Assembly: GCA_017994695.1 (NCBI GenBank)
Contig: JAGOKF010000004.1
Coordinates: forward strand, 10,218-74,217
Direction of reading: 5' to 3'
Length of the DNA stretch: 64,000 nucleotides
Source of the DNA: Myxococcota bacterium
GTDB taxonomy: Bacteria; Myxococcota_A; UBA9042; DTJE01
The position numbers were made by a program, and so were the translations under genes. The notes beneath the pieces are model-generated. The model was not told the DNA's origin. It ran no database searches and saw nothing but the letters and a program-made list of their open reading frames with translations. Positions within the stretch are counted from its first letter, which is position 1. Each line of letters starts with the position of its first letter. Below are positions 52,474 through 63,328 of the stretch, piece by piece.

Positions 52474-54564
52474 TCACCGGCCCGGGGGCCTCCCCGGAAG
52501 TCCTCCATCCAGGACCTCGGGAATCGCCCGGGGATCCCGGATCGGAGGAAGGCAGGCCCCGGGACGGCAGAGACGGATGGAGGGGGGCGCCCCCGGAAGG
52601 ATCCGGTTCCGGGTTCGATCCGGGAGGTTGGCTTCACCGCCCGGGGAATCCTCCCGATCGCCCCACGCCAGCGTCCCACCGGACCCGGCGATCCGGAGGA
52701 AGGTCCGGGCCAGGTCCCGGGCGGAGGGGTCGGCCGGGTCCCCGTCCATCACGGCCATCCAGGTCCGCGGCCGCTCCTCGACGGCCAGCATCGTCCAGGG
52801 GGCCATCTGGGGCAGCGCCAGGGCCGTCGGTCCGAAGGTCCGGACCAGGGACTCCAGGGACCCCGTCCACCACGGCTCGCCGGTCCAGGACTCCAGGCGC
52901 ACCAGCAGTCGGGCGAAGGCCCCGGGCCCGGAGGGGGTCGGGTGGTCCTGGGGCAGCAGCGGCGGGAGGCAGGGAAGATCGGTGCCTCCGTCGGGGACCG
53001 CCTGGAGGGATCCGTCGGTGCCATGCCATCGCTCCTGGATCTCCCGGGCGAGGTCCAGGGCCAGGCTCCCCCAGGCCGGGTCGCCGGTCGCCCCGTGAAG
53101 GTCCAGCATCGCCAGCCCCCAGAGGGAGGCGTCGGCCAGGGTCGGGACCCCCTCGGGATCGGTCCCGTTCAGCGACCTCCCGAGGATCCGTCCCCGGGGC
53201 CGGAAGACCGACACGAGGCGCCTTGCGGTTCGTTCGGTCTGGACGATCCATTCCTCCCGTTCCAGAAGGATCCCGCAGCGGACCAGGGCCGAGCACGCCA
53301 GGGCGTTCCACTCCAGGACGGCCTTGGGGTCCCGCACCGGCGCCGGGCGTCGGGATCGGGCCTCCCGCAGGACCGGCCGGATCCTCTCCAGGAAGGCCTC
53401 GTCCCCTGCCCCACGGACCCTGCGTCGGCTCGGCAGGAAGGCCGGCCAGAAACGCCCCGTTCCGTCGTCCAGCAGCGACCGGGCTCGGCGGGCATCCCCG
53501 GGCCCGAGGGCGGCCTCCAGGTCCGCGTCGGTCCAGAGGTAGAAGGCCCCCTCCCCTGCCGGGTCGTCCGCGTCCACGGACGAGGCGAACAGGTCGTCCG
53601 GCCGCATCATCTCCCGGATCATCCACTCGACCGTGTCCCGGGCGACCTCCTGGAAGGGATGCCCCTCCGGCATCCCGGAGGCCGCTTCGGCGAAGATCCG
53701 GGCCAGTATCGCGTTGTCGTAGATCATCTTCTCGAAATGGGGCACGGACCAGGTGGCCTCGGTCGCGTACCGGTGGAAGCCTCCGCCGATGACGTCCCGG
53801 ATCGCCCCGGTGGCCATCGCCCCGAGGGTCCGTTCCACCTCCCGGAACAGCACGGGGTCCCCGGAATGCCGGGCCGCCGCCAGGACCAGGTCCAGCACCG
53901 GGACCTGGGGAAACTTCACCGGGCCTCCGATGCCCCCGTGGATCGGGTCGAAGGGCAGCCCCCGGATCGCCTTCCGGACCTCCACCGGGTCCGGGGCGCC
54001 CCCGTTCCCGGCCTGGGGCGCCCGGGTCAGCGCCTCCAGCACCCGGCGGCCCTGGCGGACCAGCAGGTCCCGGTCCGCGTGCCACCGGGCGGACACCTCC
54101 CGCAGCAGGGCCAGGAAGGTCGGCCGCGGGAAGTAGGTGCCCCCGAAAAAAGGATTCCCCTCGGGGGTCAGGAAGGCGGTCAGCGGCCATCCCCCCTGGC
54201 CGGTCATCGCCTGGACGGCCTGGAGGTAGAAGGCATCGACGTCCGGGCGATCCTCCCGGTCCACCTTGACGGGAACGAACCCCTCGGCCAGCAGCCGCGC
54301 CACCTCCTCGTCTTGGAAGGACTCCCGCTCCATCACGTGGCACCAGTGGCAGGACGAGTAGCCGATGGACAACAGGATCGGGACGTCCCTGCGCCGGGCC
54401 TCTCGGAAGGCCTCGGGCCCGAAGGGCCACCAGGGAACCGGGTTGTCCGCGTGCTGCCGGAGGTACAGGGAGGCCGATCCGCCCAGTCGGTTCCGCAGTC
54501 CCTCGACGGCGGACGGCACGTGGTCGATCCGGTCGGACCTCCGGGGATCGGGACGGTCGCTCAT
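52474..54564 (-). CDS. thioredoxin-domain protein, DUF255/YyaL (SPATA20-like) family
   Basis: ATG at 54564 preceded by GGGAGG. N-terminal [13 protein letters not shown]...[17 protein letters not shown] thioredoxin-like block. Long alpha/alpha-toroid-like C-terminus. Confidence 0.8.
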   Translation of the reverse strand: MSDRPDPRRSDRIDHVPSAVEGLRNRLGGSASLYLRQHADNPVPWWPFGPEAFREARRRDVPILLSIGYSSCHWCHVMERESFQDEEVARLLAEGFVPVKVDREDRPDVDAFYLQAVQAMTGQGGWPLTAFLTPEGNPFFGGTYFPRPTFLALLREVSARWHADRDLLVRQGRRVLEALTRAPQAGNGGAPDPVEVRKAIRGLPFDPIHGGIGGPVKFPQVPVLDLVLAAARHSGDPVLFREVERTLGAMATGAIRDVIGGGFHRYATEATWSVPHFEKMIYDNAILARIFAEAASGMPEGHPFQEVARDTVEWMIREMMRPDDLFASSVDADDPAGEGAFYLWTDADLEAALGPGDARRARSLLDDGTGRFWPAFLPSRRRVRGAGDEAFLERIRPVLREARSRRPAPVRDPKAVLEWNALACSALVRCGILLEREEWIVQTERTARRLVSVFRPRGRILGRSLNGTDPEGVPTLADASLWGLAMLDLHGATGDPAWGSLALDLAREIQERWHGTDGSLQAVPDGGTDLPCLPPLLPQDHPTPSGPGAFARLLVRLESWTGEPWWTGSLESLVRTFGPTALALPQMAPWTMLAVEERPRTWMAVMDGDPADPSARDLARTFLRIAGSGGTLAWGDREDSPGGEANLPDRTRNRILPGAPPSIRLCRPGACLPPIRDPRAIPEVLDGGLPGRPPGR

Positions 54565-54752
54565 CGGGACTGCCTCCCGGCCTGGAAGGGACAGTATGCC
54601 AGCATCCTGGAAGACCCGCAGGCATCGGGGGCGCCCGACCGCATCCCCGCTTCGTTCCGGTCTGCCGACGCCCTCGGGTTGCAGGAGTCCGGCGTTTGCG
54701 GACAATCGCTTCGGCGTGGAGGGGTCCCTGTGGGGGCCGGAGGGAATCGGGC

Positions 54753-55217
54753 ATGGATCAGGCCACGGGAAGCGGATGGGAAACGGCGACGGAGGTCCGG
54801 ACCGTCTTCCGGGACATCGACATGCTGGGCCACGTCAACAACGCGGTGTACCTGTCCTACCTGGAGCAGGCCCGGACCGACCTGTGGCGGAAGTGGTTCG
54901 GCCCGGGAGGCTACCACCGCATGCCGTACCTGGTCGGAGAGGCGACCATCCGCTACCGGAAGGCGGTGCACCTGGACGAGGTCCTCCGGATCGATACGCG
55001 GCTGGCCGCGGTGACCCGGCGGACCTTCACGCTGGAATACCGCTTCGTCCGGGTCGCGCGGTCCGCCGGGAAGGCCGCCGATCCCCCCGAAGAGGTCGCG
55101 ACGGCCCGTTCGGTGCTGGTCTTCTTCGACCCGAAGACCGGCCGTTCGGTGGACGCCCCGGCGGAGTTCCTGGACTTCGCGGCCTCCCGGGGCCTGTCTC
55201 CGGAGCGGGATTTCTGA
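54753..55217 (+). CDS. acyl-CoA thioesterase, 4HBT/YbgC-like hotdog fold
   Basis: ATG at 54753 preceded by [34 protein letters not shown] matches the YbgC/4HBT N-terminal catalytic block. Confidence 0.7.
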   Translation: MDQATGSGWETATEVRTVFRDIDMLGHVNNAVYLSYLEQARTDLWRKWFGPGGYHRMPYLVGEATIRYRKAVHLDEVLRIDTRLAAVTRRTFTLEYRFVRVARSAGKAADPPEEVATARSVLVFFDPKTGRSVDAPAEFLDFAASRGLSPERDF

Positions 55218-55233
55218 AGGACCGGCGGCGACC

Positions 55234-56055
55234 CTAGAACTCCAGGACCGGGCCGGGCTCGAAGGCCGGGGCGGCCAGGACGGGCACCCGGTGGTCCAGG
55301 CACGGAGCGGTGCGGCGGACGGTCTCCTCGGCCAGGCGGGGCTCGTTGTGATCCCGGGAGAGATGGGCCAGCACCACCACCCGGGGCAGCCGGACGGAGC
55401 ACTCCCCCACGGCCTGCAGGAATCCCCCGCTCTGAATGTTCGACAGGTGGCCCCGGGCCGAGGCCACCCGGGCCTTGTCCACGGGATGCCGGGGGCTCTG
55501 CTGGAGCATCCGCTCGTCGTAGTTCGCCTCGATCACGACCCCGTCGGCGTCCCGGAAGTACGGCAGTTCCCCCTCCCCCACCCTGCCCAGGTCGGTGGCC
55601 AGGGCCAGCCGCCGCTGCATCCCGCCGATGCCGGTCCGGAACAGGAACCCGAAGGTCGGGACGTCGTGGGAAATCTCGAAGGGGGTCACTTCCAGGTCGC
55701 CCACCAGGTAGGTGGCCCCCGGGCGGATCTCCTGCACCCCGTCCCAGGGCATCTCCCGGCCGGTCTTCCGGCGGTAGAGATCCGCGGCGGCCGACAGCGC
55801 GTCCCGGTGGCCCATCAGGGGGATCCGCGCTTCCCGGTTCCACCGCAGTCCCGCCCACCCCAGGTGATCCGAATGGGAATGGCTGATCAGCACGGCGGTC
55901 CGGCCATCTCCTTCGCAGAATCCGTTCCGATGGATTTCTTCCAGCAGGTCCCGGCGGGTGGGGATCCCCAGGTCGACGGCCACCCGGGCCCGGGACGTCT
56001 CCACCAGGGCCATGTTGCCGCTCGATCCGCTTCGCAGGCTACGGAACCGGATCAT
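55234..56055 (-). CDS. MBL-fold metallo-hydrolase (YycJ/PhnP-like)
   Basis: ATG at 56055 (MIRFRSLRSGSSGN). ISHSHSDHLGW (HxHxDH). Overlaps the truB 3' end by 17 nt. Confidence 0.7.
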   Translation of the reverse strand: MIRFRSLRSGSSGNMALVETSRARVAVDLGIPTRRDLLEEIHRNGFCEGDGRTAVLISHSHSDHLGWAGLRWNREARIPLMGHRDALSAAADLYRRKTGREMPWDGVQEIRPGATYLVGDLEVTPFEISHDVPTFGFLFRTGIGGMQRRLALATDLGRVGEGELPYFRDADGVVIEANYDERMLQQSPRHPVDKARVASARGHLSNIQSGGFLQAVGECSVRLPRVVVLAHLSRDHNEPRLAEETVRRTAPCLDHRVPVLAAPAFEPGPVLEF

Positions 56056-56791
56056 CCCGCCTCCTCCGAGGTCCCGGGCCGAGAGGGACGACGCCTTGGA
56101 GACGCCACAGGGGCACCGCCTGTTCCACCCGATACTCTCCCACGGATGTCCGGCGAAGGGCAACCAGGTGGCCCAGGCAGCCCAGGCGCCTCCCCAGATC
56201 CCGGGCCAGCACCCGCATGTAGGCCCCCTTTCCGCACCGCACCCGCAGGTCCACGTCGGGGGGAAGGAACTCCAGCACGCGGACCTCGTGGAACACGACC
56301 GGCCGGGCCTCCTTGACCACCTCCCGGCCGCGCCGGGCATACCAGTACAGCGGCCGGCCCTGGTGCTTCAGGGCCGAGTGGGCCGGCGGCTCCTGGAGGC
56401 CCTCCCCCAGGAAGGATTCCGCCGCCTGCCGGATCTCCTCGATCGCGGGCAGCGATCCCGGCCCCCGGGCGACCGTCACCCCGGTCCAGTCCCCGGTGTC
56501 CGTCTCGCTTCCCAGGCGGACCCGAAGCAGGTACTCCTTGTCGCCTTCCAGCAGTCGGGCGGCCTCGCGGGTGAACTCCCGTCCGACCATCACCGGCAGC
56601 AGGCCCGTCGCGAAGGGGTCCAGCGTCCCTCCGTGGCCCACGCGCCGGACCCCGGTCACCCGCCGCACCACGTCCACCACCCGGGCCGACGAGATCCCCT
56701 CGGGCTTGTCGATCCACCAGATTCCGGGAACCGGGAACGGCAGCGATCCGCCGGGAATTGCCGCGGACCCGGACCCATCAGGCGTCCTCAT
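56039..56791 (-). CDS. truB: tRNA pseudouridine(55) synthase TruB
   Basis: IDKPEGISS, VGHGGTLDPFATGLL (catalytic Asp), KEY and HSALKHQGRPLY blocks. Follows rbfA. Confidence 0.85.
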   Translation of the reverse strand: MRTPDGSGSAAIPGGSLPFPVPGIWWIDKPEGISSARVVDVVRRVTGVRRVGHGGTLDPFATGLLPVMVGREFTREAARLLEGDKEYLLRVRLGSETDTGDWTGVTVARGPGSLPAIEEIRQAAESFLGEGLQEPPAHSALKHQGRPLYWYARRGREVVKEARPVVFHEVRVLEFLPPDVDLRVRCGKGAYMRVLARDLGRRLGCLGHLVALRRTSVGEYRVEQAVPLWRLQGVVPLGPGPRRRRDDPVP

Positions 56792-57158
56792 CGGGTCCCC
56801 CGCCCTCCGCCGGCACGGGAAGGTGGCTCAGCAGGTCGGTCACCCGGGCCACCTGGTCCGGCACCTCGTCGTAGTGGAATTCCAGCGCGGGCACCCGCAG
56901 CAGCCGCACGCGCCTTCCCACCTCCCCCCGCAGGAACCCCTTGCACGCCGCCAGTCCCTTCATCAGTTCGATCCGCCCCTGGTCGTCCCCCTGGAGGGGG
57001 CGGACGTACACCCGGGCCAGGCTCATGTCGGCCGTCACCTGGACCCGGGTCACCACGGCGCCCCGGACCCGGGGATCCCGGACCTCGATCACCAGCAGAT
57101 TTCCCAGGACCTCCTGGATCTCTCGCCCAATACGTTCGGTTCGTGCGAACGGTTTCAT
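56778..57158 (-). CDS. rbfA: ribosome-binding factor A
   Basis: MKPFARTERIGREIQEVLGNLL...VTRVQVTADMSLARVYV is typical of RbfA. Position after infB/DUF503. Confidence 0.85.
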   Translation of the reverse strand: MKPFARTERIGREIQEVLGNLLVIEVRDPRVRGAVVTRVQVTADMSLARVYVRPLQGDDQGRIELMKGLAACKGFLRGEVGRRVRLLRVPALEFHYDEVPDQVARVTDLLSHLPVPAEGGGPDEDA

Positions 57159-57176
57159 CGCGACACCCCGCGGATC

Positions 57177-57467
57177 TCACAGGAGATGGAGGATCTCGAA
57201 GTGGTGGTCCTCGACCTCCGCCAGGCCCAGTTCCTCGACGTGCGTCACCACCCGGTCCAGCAGCGAATTGACGAACCGGTGGTCGTTGGCGACCACCGCG
57301 AACCCCAGCACCGCGGAACCCGGGTCGTCCAGGAGGTCCACCTCGGCCATCGCCAGGTTGAACTGCTGGCGCGTGCGGGCGATGACCCGCTTGACGATGC
57401 TCCGCTTCCCCTTCAGGTCGGCCGTCTCGGGGATGGCCAGTTCCAGTCGGCAGACGCCTACGACCAT
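57177..57467 (-). CDS. DUF503 (YlxP-like) protein
   Basis: 96 aa. MVVGVCRLELAIPETADLKGKRSIVKRVIARTRQQFN matches the DUF503 N-terminus. Canonical position between infB and rbfA. Confidence 0.7.
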   Translation of the reverse strand: MVVGVCRLELAIPETADLKGKRSIVKRVIARTRQQFNLAMAEVDLLDDPGSAVLGFAVVANDHRFVNSLLDRVVTHVEELGLAEVEDHHFEILHLL

Positions 57468-57497
57468 GGACCTCCCCCTGGAACGCCCGAGGCGGGA

Positions 57498-60071
57498 TCA
57501 GACGACCTGGACCGTCTCCCGGACCGCCTCCTGCTCGTAGAACTCCAGCAGGTCGCCTTCCTGCAGGTCCTCGAACCCGTCGATGGCGATGCCGCACTCC
57601 AGGCCCTGCTTCACCTCGCGGACGTCGTCCTTGTAGCGCTTCAGGCTGGACAGCCGCCCGGTGAACACGGTTTCCTTGCCCCGCACCACCTTGATCTCGG
57701 CCGAGCGGACCACGTGGCCGCTCAGGACGTAGGTCCCGGCGATCTGCCCGACCTTGGACACCTGGAAGACCTTCCGGACCTCCGCCTTCCCGATGAGCTT
57801 CATCACCATCTTGGGGGCCAGCAGGCCCTCCATGGCCTTCTTCAGGTCCTCGATGGCCTCGTAGATGATGTTGTAGCGGCGGATCTCCACGCCCTCCTGC
57901 TCGGCCAGGTGCTGGGCCTTCGGATCGACCGCGACCGAGAACCCGACGATCACCGCGTCGGAGGCCATGGCCAGGTTCACGTCGCTCTCGGTGACCGCCC
58001 CCACGGCGCTGTGGATCACCCGGAGGGAGATCTCGGGGTGACGCAGCTTGGTGATGCTCTCCACCAGGGGCGCCAGGGATCCCTGGACGTCCGCCCGGAC
58101 GATCACCCGCAGTTCCTTCATGCCCCCGGACTGGACCCTCTGGTAGAAGTCCTCCAGCGTGACCCGCGCCCCCGATGCGGCCAGCCGCGCCTTCTTCTGG
58201 CGTTCCAGGGCGTATTCCGCCACCTCCCGGGCCTTCTTCTCGTCGGGGAGCACCACGAAGGGGTCCCCGGCATCGGGCACCAGGTTCAGCCCGGCGATCC
58301 GGGCTGGCATCGAGGGGCCGACGGACTGGACCGCCCGCCCCTTGTCGTCCTGCATCGCCCGGACGCGGCCGAAGGCCATGCCGGCCACGACCGGGTCCCC
58401 GACCTTCAGCGTGCCGCCCTGGACCAGCACCGTCGCCAGGGGACCCAGGCGGTTGTCCAGCCGCGCCTCGAGGACCGTGCCCCGACCCGGCTTGTTCGGG
58501 TTGGCCTTCAACTCCAGCACCTGGGCCTGGAGGAGCACCATCTCCATCAGGTTGTCGATCCCCAGGTTCTTCTTCGCCGAGATCTCGCAGAAGATCGTGG
58601 ATCCGCCCCAGTCCTCGGGGACCAGTCCCTCCTCGGCCAGTTCCCTCCGGACCCGCTCGGGATTCGCCTCGGGCTTGTCGATCTTGTTCACGGCGACCAG
58701 GATCGGGACGTTGGCCGCCCGGGCGTGGGCAATGGCCTCCTTCGTCTGGGCCATCACGCCGTCGTCGGCCGCCACCACGAGGATCACGATGTCCGTGACC
58801 CCGGCGCCCCGGGCCCGCATCTGGGTGAAGGCCTCGTGGCCCGGGGTGTCGATGAAGGTGATCGCCCCCGACTCGGTCTGGACCGTGTAGGCCCCGATGT
58901 GCTGGGTGATGCCCCCGGCCTCGTGCTCGGCGACGTTGGCCGACCGGATGCGGTCCAGCAGCGTCGTCTTGCCGTGGTCGACGTGTCCCATCACCGTGAC
59001 CACGGGGGGACGGGGCATCAGTTCCAGTTCGCCGTCCGGCTGTTCCTGGAGGTAGGTCGCCGGGTCGAAGCCCACCTTTTCGATGGTGTAACCGTATTCC
59101 GCCGCCACGATGCCGGCGGTGTCCAGGTCCAGGGCCTGGTTGACCCCGGCCATCACCCCCATCTGCATCAGTTTCCGCACCAGGTCCGGCGCCCGGAGCC
59201 CCATCGCGTGGGCCAGTTCCCCCACCGTGATCGACTCTGCCTCGACTCTCAAGGTTCGCTTGCTCTCCTTCGGGATGGTCAACTGGGTCTTCTGGGGCCT
59301 GCCCCGTCGCTGGACGTTCCTGCTGCGCCGTCGCGTGGCCTGCCGCTGGGTCTCCGTCTCCAGGTCGTCGTCCCCCTTCGTGAAGCGCAGTTCGCGCAGT
59401 TGCAGCACGTCGCTTCGCCGGTCATAGACCAGCCGCTTCTGCTTGGGAGCCTTGGCCTTCTCCCCGGCCTCCACCAGGGCCTTCAATGCTTCCCGGGTGC
59501 TCCCGTCGGCCGGGCGGGCCACCACGACGGGAGGCGGCGGGGGCGGGGTTGCCGGAACCTCGGGCGGGGCCGCGGGGGCCGTCGCCGCCTTCTCCGTGCC
59601 GCCGACCGGGAGAGAAGTTCCCTCTCCGGGGCCCTGGGCCTCGGGGACCGGGACCTCGGGGCCGATCGCGACACCCGACTCAGGGGGCTGCCCCTGGACC
59701 GCCGCCTCGGGAGCGACCTCCGGTGTCGCAGTCGCCTCCCCGGCGGCCGGCTGGACCGCAGGCTCCTCGGCCTCGGCCGGGGCCGCCCGGGCAGCCCCGA
59801 CAACCGGGGCCTCGGCGGCGGGAGTCTCGGCGGCCTTGGGCGTCTCGGCCGCCACGCGGCGCCGGACGACCCGTCCCGCACCCCCGACCCGGGTGACCGA
59901 CGTGTCCCCAGGCTTCGGGGTCTCGAACAGCCGCTTTGCCAGTTCCTCCTGATCCGGCTTCATCGTCGCCAGGTGGTCCTTCAGGGCGACACCGGCCTCC
60001 TTGAGCCGCGCCAGCAGGACCTTGGACTCGACCCCCAGTTCCTTGGCGACTTCAAACACGCGCTTGCTCAT
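57498..60071 (-). CDS. infB: translation initiation factor IF-2
   Basis: G-domain [28 protein letters not shown]. Ala/Pro/Glu-rich N-terminal region. 857 aa. Confidence 0.95.
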   Translation of the reverse strand: MSKRVFEVAKELGVESKVLLARLKEAGVALKDHLATMKPDQEELAKRLFETPKPGDTSVTRVGGAGRVVRRRVAAETPKAAETPAAEAPVVGAARAAPAEAEEPAVQPAAGEATATPEVAPEAAVQGQPPESGVAIGPEVPVPEAQGPGEGTSLPVGGTEKAATAPAAPPEVPATPPPPPPVVVARPADGSTREALKALVEAGEKAKAPKQKRLVYDRRSDVLQLRELRFTKGDDDLETETQRQATRRRSRNVQRRGRPQKTQLTIPKESKRTLRVEAESITVGELAHAMGLRAPDLVRKLMQMGVMAGVNQALDLDTAGIVAAEYGYTIEKVGFDPATYLQEQPDGELELMPRPPVVTVMGHVDHGKTTLLDRIRSANVAEHEAGGITQHIGAYTVQTESGAITFIDTPGHEAFTQMRARGAGVTDIVILVVAADDGVMAQTKEAIAHARAANVPILVAVNKIDKPEANPERVRRELAEEGLVPEDWGGSTIFCEISAKKNLGIDNLMEMVLLQAQVLELKANPNKPGRGTVLEARLDNRLGPLATVLVQGGTLKVGDPVVAGMAFGRVRAMQDDKGRAVQSVGPSMPARIAGLNLVPDAGDPFVVLPDEKKAREVAEYALERQKKARLAASGARVTLEDFYQRVQSGGMKELRVIVRADVQGSLAPLVESITKLRHPEISLRVIHSAVGAVTESDVNLAMASDAVIVGFSVAVDPKAQHLAEQEGVEIRRYNIIYEAIEDLKKAMEGLLAPKMVMKLIGKAEVRKVFQVSKVGQIAGTYVLSGHVVRSAEIKVVRGKETVFTGRLSSLKRYKDDVREVKQGLECGIAIDGFEDLQEGDLLEFYEQEAVRETVQVV

Positions 60072-60081
60072 GGGCCCCCCT

Positions 60082-60354
60082 TCACGTCTGGGAGAGCGGG
60101 AAGGCCTCGACCCAGGCCGTCCCCCCCGTGCTCACCCTCAGGGCCCGGGGGACCGATCCCCGGGCCAGTGCGCGCTTCAGGCAGGTCGATTGCGGGCAGA
60201 GGTACGCCCCCCTGCCGGACAGCCGCCGCTCCAGGTCCACCGACACGTCCCCCGAAGGGCCCACGGCGAGCCGCACGAGTTCCCGTTGCGGCCGCTGTCG
60301 CCCGCACCCGAGGCAGCGCCTCAGGGGGACATGGGATGTCCCGCTTCCCGTCAC
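60082..60354 (-). CDS. ylxR: YlxR/RnpM (DUF448) family RNA-binding protein
   Basis: PLRRCLGCGRQRPQRELVRL...GRGAYLCPQSTCLKRA matches the DUF448 signature. GTG start overlaps the nusA stop (GTGA). Only the last 90 codons of the 209-aa track ORF are used. Confidence 0.65.
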   Translation of the reverse strand: MTGSGTSHVPLRRCLGCGRQRPQRELVRLAVGPSGDVSVDLERRLSGRGAYLCPQSTCLKRALARGSVPRALRVSTGGTAWVEAFPLSQT

Positions 60355-61790
60355 GAGCGTTCTCCCTCTGTCGCCTCGGCCAGCAGCGCGGGCTGGGCCC
60401 CCGGTGCCGGCTGGGCCGGCTGGCCCTCCTGGGCGGCCGCGGCGGCCGCGGCCTCCGCCGCCTCCTGCTTCATCTTCTGCTTCAGTTCCCAGGCCACCTG
60501 CTGGATGCCCTGGGCCATCGACAGCGAGATCCCGGGAATGGCTGCCAGTTCGCTGTCGTCGGTGTTCAGCAGGTTGTCCGGGGAGTGGTAGCCCAGCTTG
60601 AAGAGGTACTCGACCGTGGAACTGTCCAGGCCTTCGAGCCGGGCCAGGGCCTCCCGCAGCCGGGCCTTCAGTTCCTCGATGCGCCCCTCCCCGTGGATCT
60701 CGATGCTCCATCCCAGGAGCTTGCTGGCCAGTTTCACGTTCTGCCCGCGCCGGCCGATGGCCAGGGACAACTGGTCGTCGGGGACGATCAACTCGATCTG
60801 GTGGTTGTTCTCGTCGATCAGCACCCGCAGGACCGCCGCGGGCGCGATGGCGGCGCAGACGAAGCGGGCCAGGTCCGTCGAGTAGGGGATGATGTCGATC
60901 TTCTCGCCCCGCAGTTCCTGGACGACCGCCTGGACCCGGCTCCCCTTCATGCCCACGCAGGCGCCCACGGGATCGACGTCGCTGTCCGAGGAGGTGACGG
61001 CGATCTTGGTCCGTTCCCCCGGCTCCCGGGCCACCGCGACGATGCGGACGATCCCCTCGTAGATCTCCGGGACCTCCTTCTCGAACAGTTTCACCACGAA
61101 CCGGGGGTCCGTCCGGGACAGGATGATCTGGTGGCCCTTGGCCTCCCGCTCGACCTCCTTCACATAAGCCTGGACCCGGTCACCGGCGCGGTAGGACTCC
61201 CGGGGGCACTGCTCCTTGAACAGCAGGATCGCCTCGGCCTTGCCCAGGTCCACGATCACGTTCCCCTTCTCGAACCGCCTCGCCACTCCCGTGACGAGTT
61301 CCCCCTTCCGGTCCTTGTACTCGTCGTAGACGATGCTCCGCTCGGCCTCCTGCACCTTCTGCATGATGACGTGCTTCGCGGTCTGGGCCGCGATCCGCCC
61401 AAAGGCCTGCCGGTGGCTCTGGAGCCCGAGGATGTCCCCGTGGCGCCGGTCCTCCTCCCGGGCCTTCTCCCGGTCCGCCTCGAGGTAGAAGATCTGGAAT
61501 CCCAGTTCGTCCCCCGGCTGGACGTCGGGGTCCACCTCCCGGGCCGCTTCCATCGACAGTTCCTGGAGCGGGTTGGTCACCTGCTCGGTCACCTTCATGT
61601 ACTGGAAGAGTTCCACCTGCCCGGTCTCCTCGCTGAACTGGGTCTCCAGGTGCCGCTCCTCCCCGAACACCTTCCTCGCGGCGCGGAGGATGGCCTCTTC
61701 CAGCGCCTCGATGAAGACCTTCCGCGGAATCCCCTTCTCGCGACTGACGAGGTCGATCACCTCGGACCAGTTGGGGTTGTCAGTGGCCAT
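60351..61790 (-). CDS. nusA: transcription termination/antitermination factor NusA
   Basis: ATG at 61790 preceded by GGAGGAG. N-terminal, S1 and two KH domains (GACVGMKGSRVQAVVQELRGEKIDI; AIGRRGQNVKLASKLLGW). Confidence 0.9.
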   Translation of the reverse strand: MATDNPNWSEVIDLVSREKGIPRKVFIEALEEAILRAARKVFGEERHLETQFSEETGQVELFQYMKVTEQVTNPLQELSMEAAREVDPDVQPGDELGFQIFYLEADREKAREEDRRHGDILGLQSHRQAFGRIAAQTAKHVIMQKVQEAERSIVYDEYKDRKGELVTGVARRFEKGNVIVDLGKAEAILLFKEQCPRESYRAGDRVQAYVKEVEREAKGHQIILSRTDPRFVVKLFEKEVPEIYEGIVRIVAVAREPGERTKIAVTSSDSDVDPVGACVGMKGSRVQAVVQELRGEKIDIIPYSTDLARFVCAAIAPAAVLRVLIDENNHQIELIVPDDQLSLAIGRRGQNVKLASKLLGWSIEIHGEGRIEELKARLREALARLEGLDSSTVEYLFKLGYHSPDNLLNTDDSELAAIPGISLSMAQGIQQVAWELKQKMKQEAAEAAAAAAAQEGQPAQPAPGAQPALLAEATEGERS

Positions 61791-61969
61791 CGTGCTCCTC
61801 CGTTGCGTTTCCAGCGCCTGCCGATCCGGTCCCCCCCGCCGTCCGCCAACTGGACCCATCCGCTCGTCCGGAAGGAGGAAGGGAAGGTGCGACCGTCCAA
61901 GGGCCCGGTCACGGAGACGTCGTTGTGTACCTCATTCCGGAGGAAATGGCAAGCACCTTCCGGTCGGGA

Positions 61970-63328
61970 TCAGTGTCCGCCCGCCTTCCGCGGCACCAGC
62001 ACGAGGGGAGCCCCTTCGAAGTCCCACCGCGCCCGGAATTCCTTCTGGAGGTAGCGAAGGTAGTGGTCGGGCACCCGGCCGGACCCGCTCTGGAACAGCA
62101 GGATGGTCGGCGGGGCCACCTGGGGCTGCATCAGGAACTTGATCCGCACGGACCGGCTCCCGGACGCATGGGGCGGATGGCGCTGAACCACCTCCTCCCA
62201 GAACCGGTTCAACTCCGCCGTGGGAATCCTCCGGAACAGGTTCGCACGGACCCGCTCCACCACGGGCAGCAGGCGGCCGACATTCCTGCCGGTCAGGGCC
62301 GACAGGAAGACCATCGGCGCGAAGGAGAAGAAGGCCGATTCCTCCTCGATGCGCTTCCGGGCCTCCTGGGCGGCCTCGCCCTCGAGCCGGTCCCACTTGT
62401 TCACCGCCAGGACCAGCCCCTTGCCCCGGTCCACGATCAGCGCGGCGAGTTTCTTGTCCTGGTCCGTCAGTCCCTCGGCCCCGTCGATGACCAGCACGGC
62501 CACGTCGCACCGCTCCAGGGCCTGCATCGTCCTGGCGACGCTCATGCGCTCCAGTCCCGCCTCCACCGCCCTCCGTCGCCTCACGCCGGCCGTGTCCACC
62601 AGCACGAAGGGGCGGTCCTCGAACCGGAATGGCGTGTCGATGGCATCCCGGGTGGTTCCGGGGACGTCGCTGGTGAGGTACCGGTCCTCCCCGAGCAGGG
62701 CGTTGCACAGGGTGGACTTGCCCACGTTGGGCCGCCCCAGGATGGCCAGGCGGACCCCGTCCTCGACCTCCCCGCCGGCCTCGTTGGGCGGGGGATCCGG
62801 CAGGTGCCGCACCAGGTCGTCCAGCAACTCGGCCACGCCGCTGCCATGCTCCGCGGTCAGGGGCCACAGCCGATCGACCCCGAGGGCCCAGAACTCGGCC
62901 ACCAGGGGTTCCTGGCTCGGCCGGTCCACTTTGTTGACGGCCACCCAGGTCGGACGCCCGCTCCGACGGAGCATCTCCCAGATCATCTCGTCGGTCCGGG
63001 TCAGGCCCTCCCGGGCGTCCAGCACCAGGACCATCGCATCCGACTCCTCGATGGCCCGCTGGACCTGCACCCGCATCAACGCCAGCATCCCCTCACGGGC
63101 CTCGGGGTCGAACCCCCCGGTGTCCACCAGCCGGAAGGATCGTCCCAGGTGCTCGGTCTCGGCGTAGTGCCGGTCCCGGGTCACCCCCGGAAGGTCCTGC
63201 ACGATGGCCTGCCTGCGCCCCAGGATGCGGTTGAACAGCGTGGACTTGCCCACGTTGGGCCGCCCCACCAGGGCCACCACCGGCCTTGTCGCCCCCGTCG
63301 CCTTTGTGCCTCTCGTGTCGTCGCTCAT
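61970..63328 (-). CDS. der: ribosome-biogenesis GTPase Der (EngA)
   Basis: ATG at 63328. Two G-domains (GRPNVGKSTLFN...DTGG...NKVD and GRPNVGKSTLCN...DTAG...NKWD) plus a KH-like C-terminus. Confidence 0.9.
   Translation of the reverse strand: MSDDTRGTKATGATRPVVALVGRPNVGKSTLFNRILGRRQAIVQDLPGVTRDRHYAETEHLGRSFRLVDTGGFDPEAREGMLALMRVQVQRAIEESDAMVLVLDAREGLTRTDEMIWEMLRRSGRPTWVAVNKVDRPSQEPLVAEFWALGVDRLWPLTAEHGSGVAELLDDLVRHLPDPPPNEAGGEVEDGVRLAILGRPNVGKSTLCNALLGEDRYLTSDVPGTTRDAIDTPFRFEDRPFVLVDTAGVRRRRAVEAGLERMSVARTMQALERCDVAVLVIDGAEGLTDQDKKLAALIVDRGKGLVLAVNKWDRLEGEAAQEARKRIEEESAFFSFAPMVFLSALTGRNVGRLLPVVERVRANLFRRIPTAELNRFWEEVVQRHPPHASGSRSVRIKFLMQPQVAPPTILLFQSGSGRVPDHYLRYLQKEFRARWDFEGAPLVLVPRKAGGH

Noticed and set aside
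60355-60711. First 119 codons of the 209-aa minus-strand ORF 60082-60711
   Set aside because: This part overlaps the nusA C-terminus in another frame and is Gly/Arg/Pro low-complexity. Only the DUF448-like C-terminal 90 codons, from the GTG overlapping the nusA stop, are called.
56313-62054. 1913-aa + strand ORF, the longest in the track
   Set aside because: It runs antisense to truB, rbfA, DUF503, infB, ylxR and nusA, all of which have unmistakable conserved motifs. Its translation is low-complexity Arg/Pro/Gly/Leu-rich. This is a typical stop-codon-poor antisense frame in high-GC DNA.
61887-62054. Purine-rich SD-like GAAGGAGGAAGGGAAG followed by a GTG ORF of 55 codons on the + strand upstream of nusA
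   Set aside because: Third positions are only about two-thirds G/C, which is the background level. The ORF is the tail of the antisense artefact ORF and overlaps the der 3' end. The purine tract is more simply the complement of a pyrimidine tract in the nusA leader.
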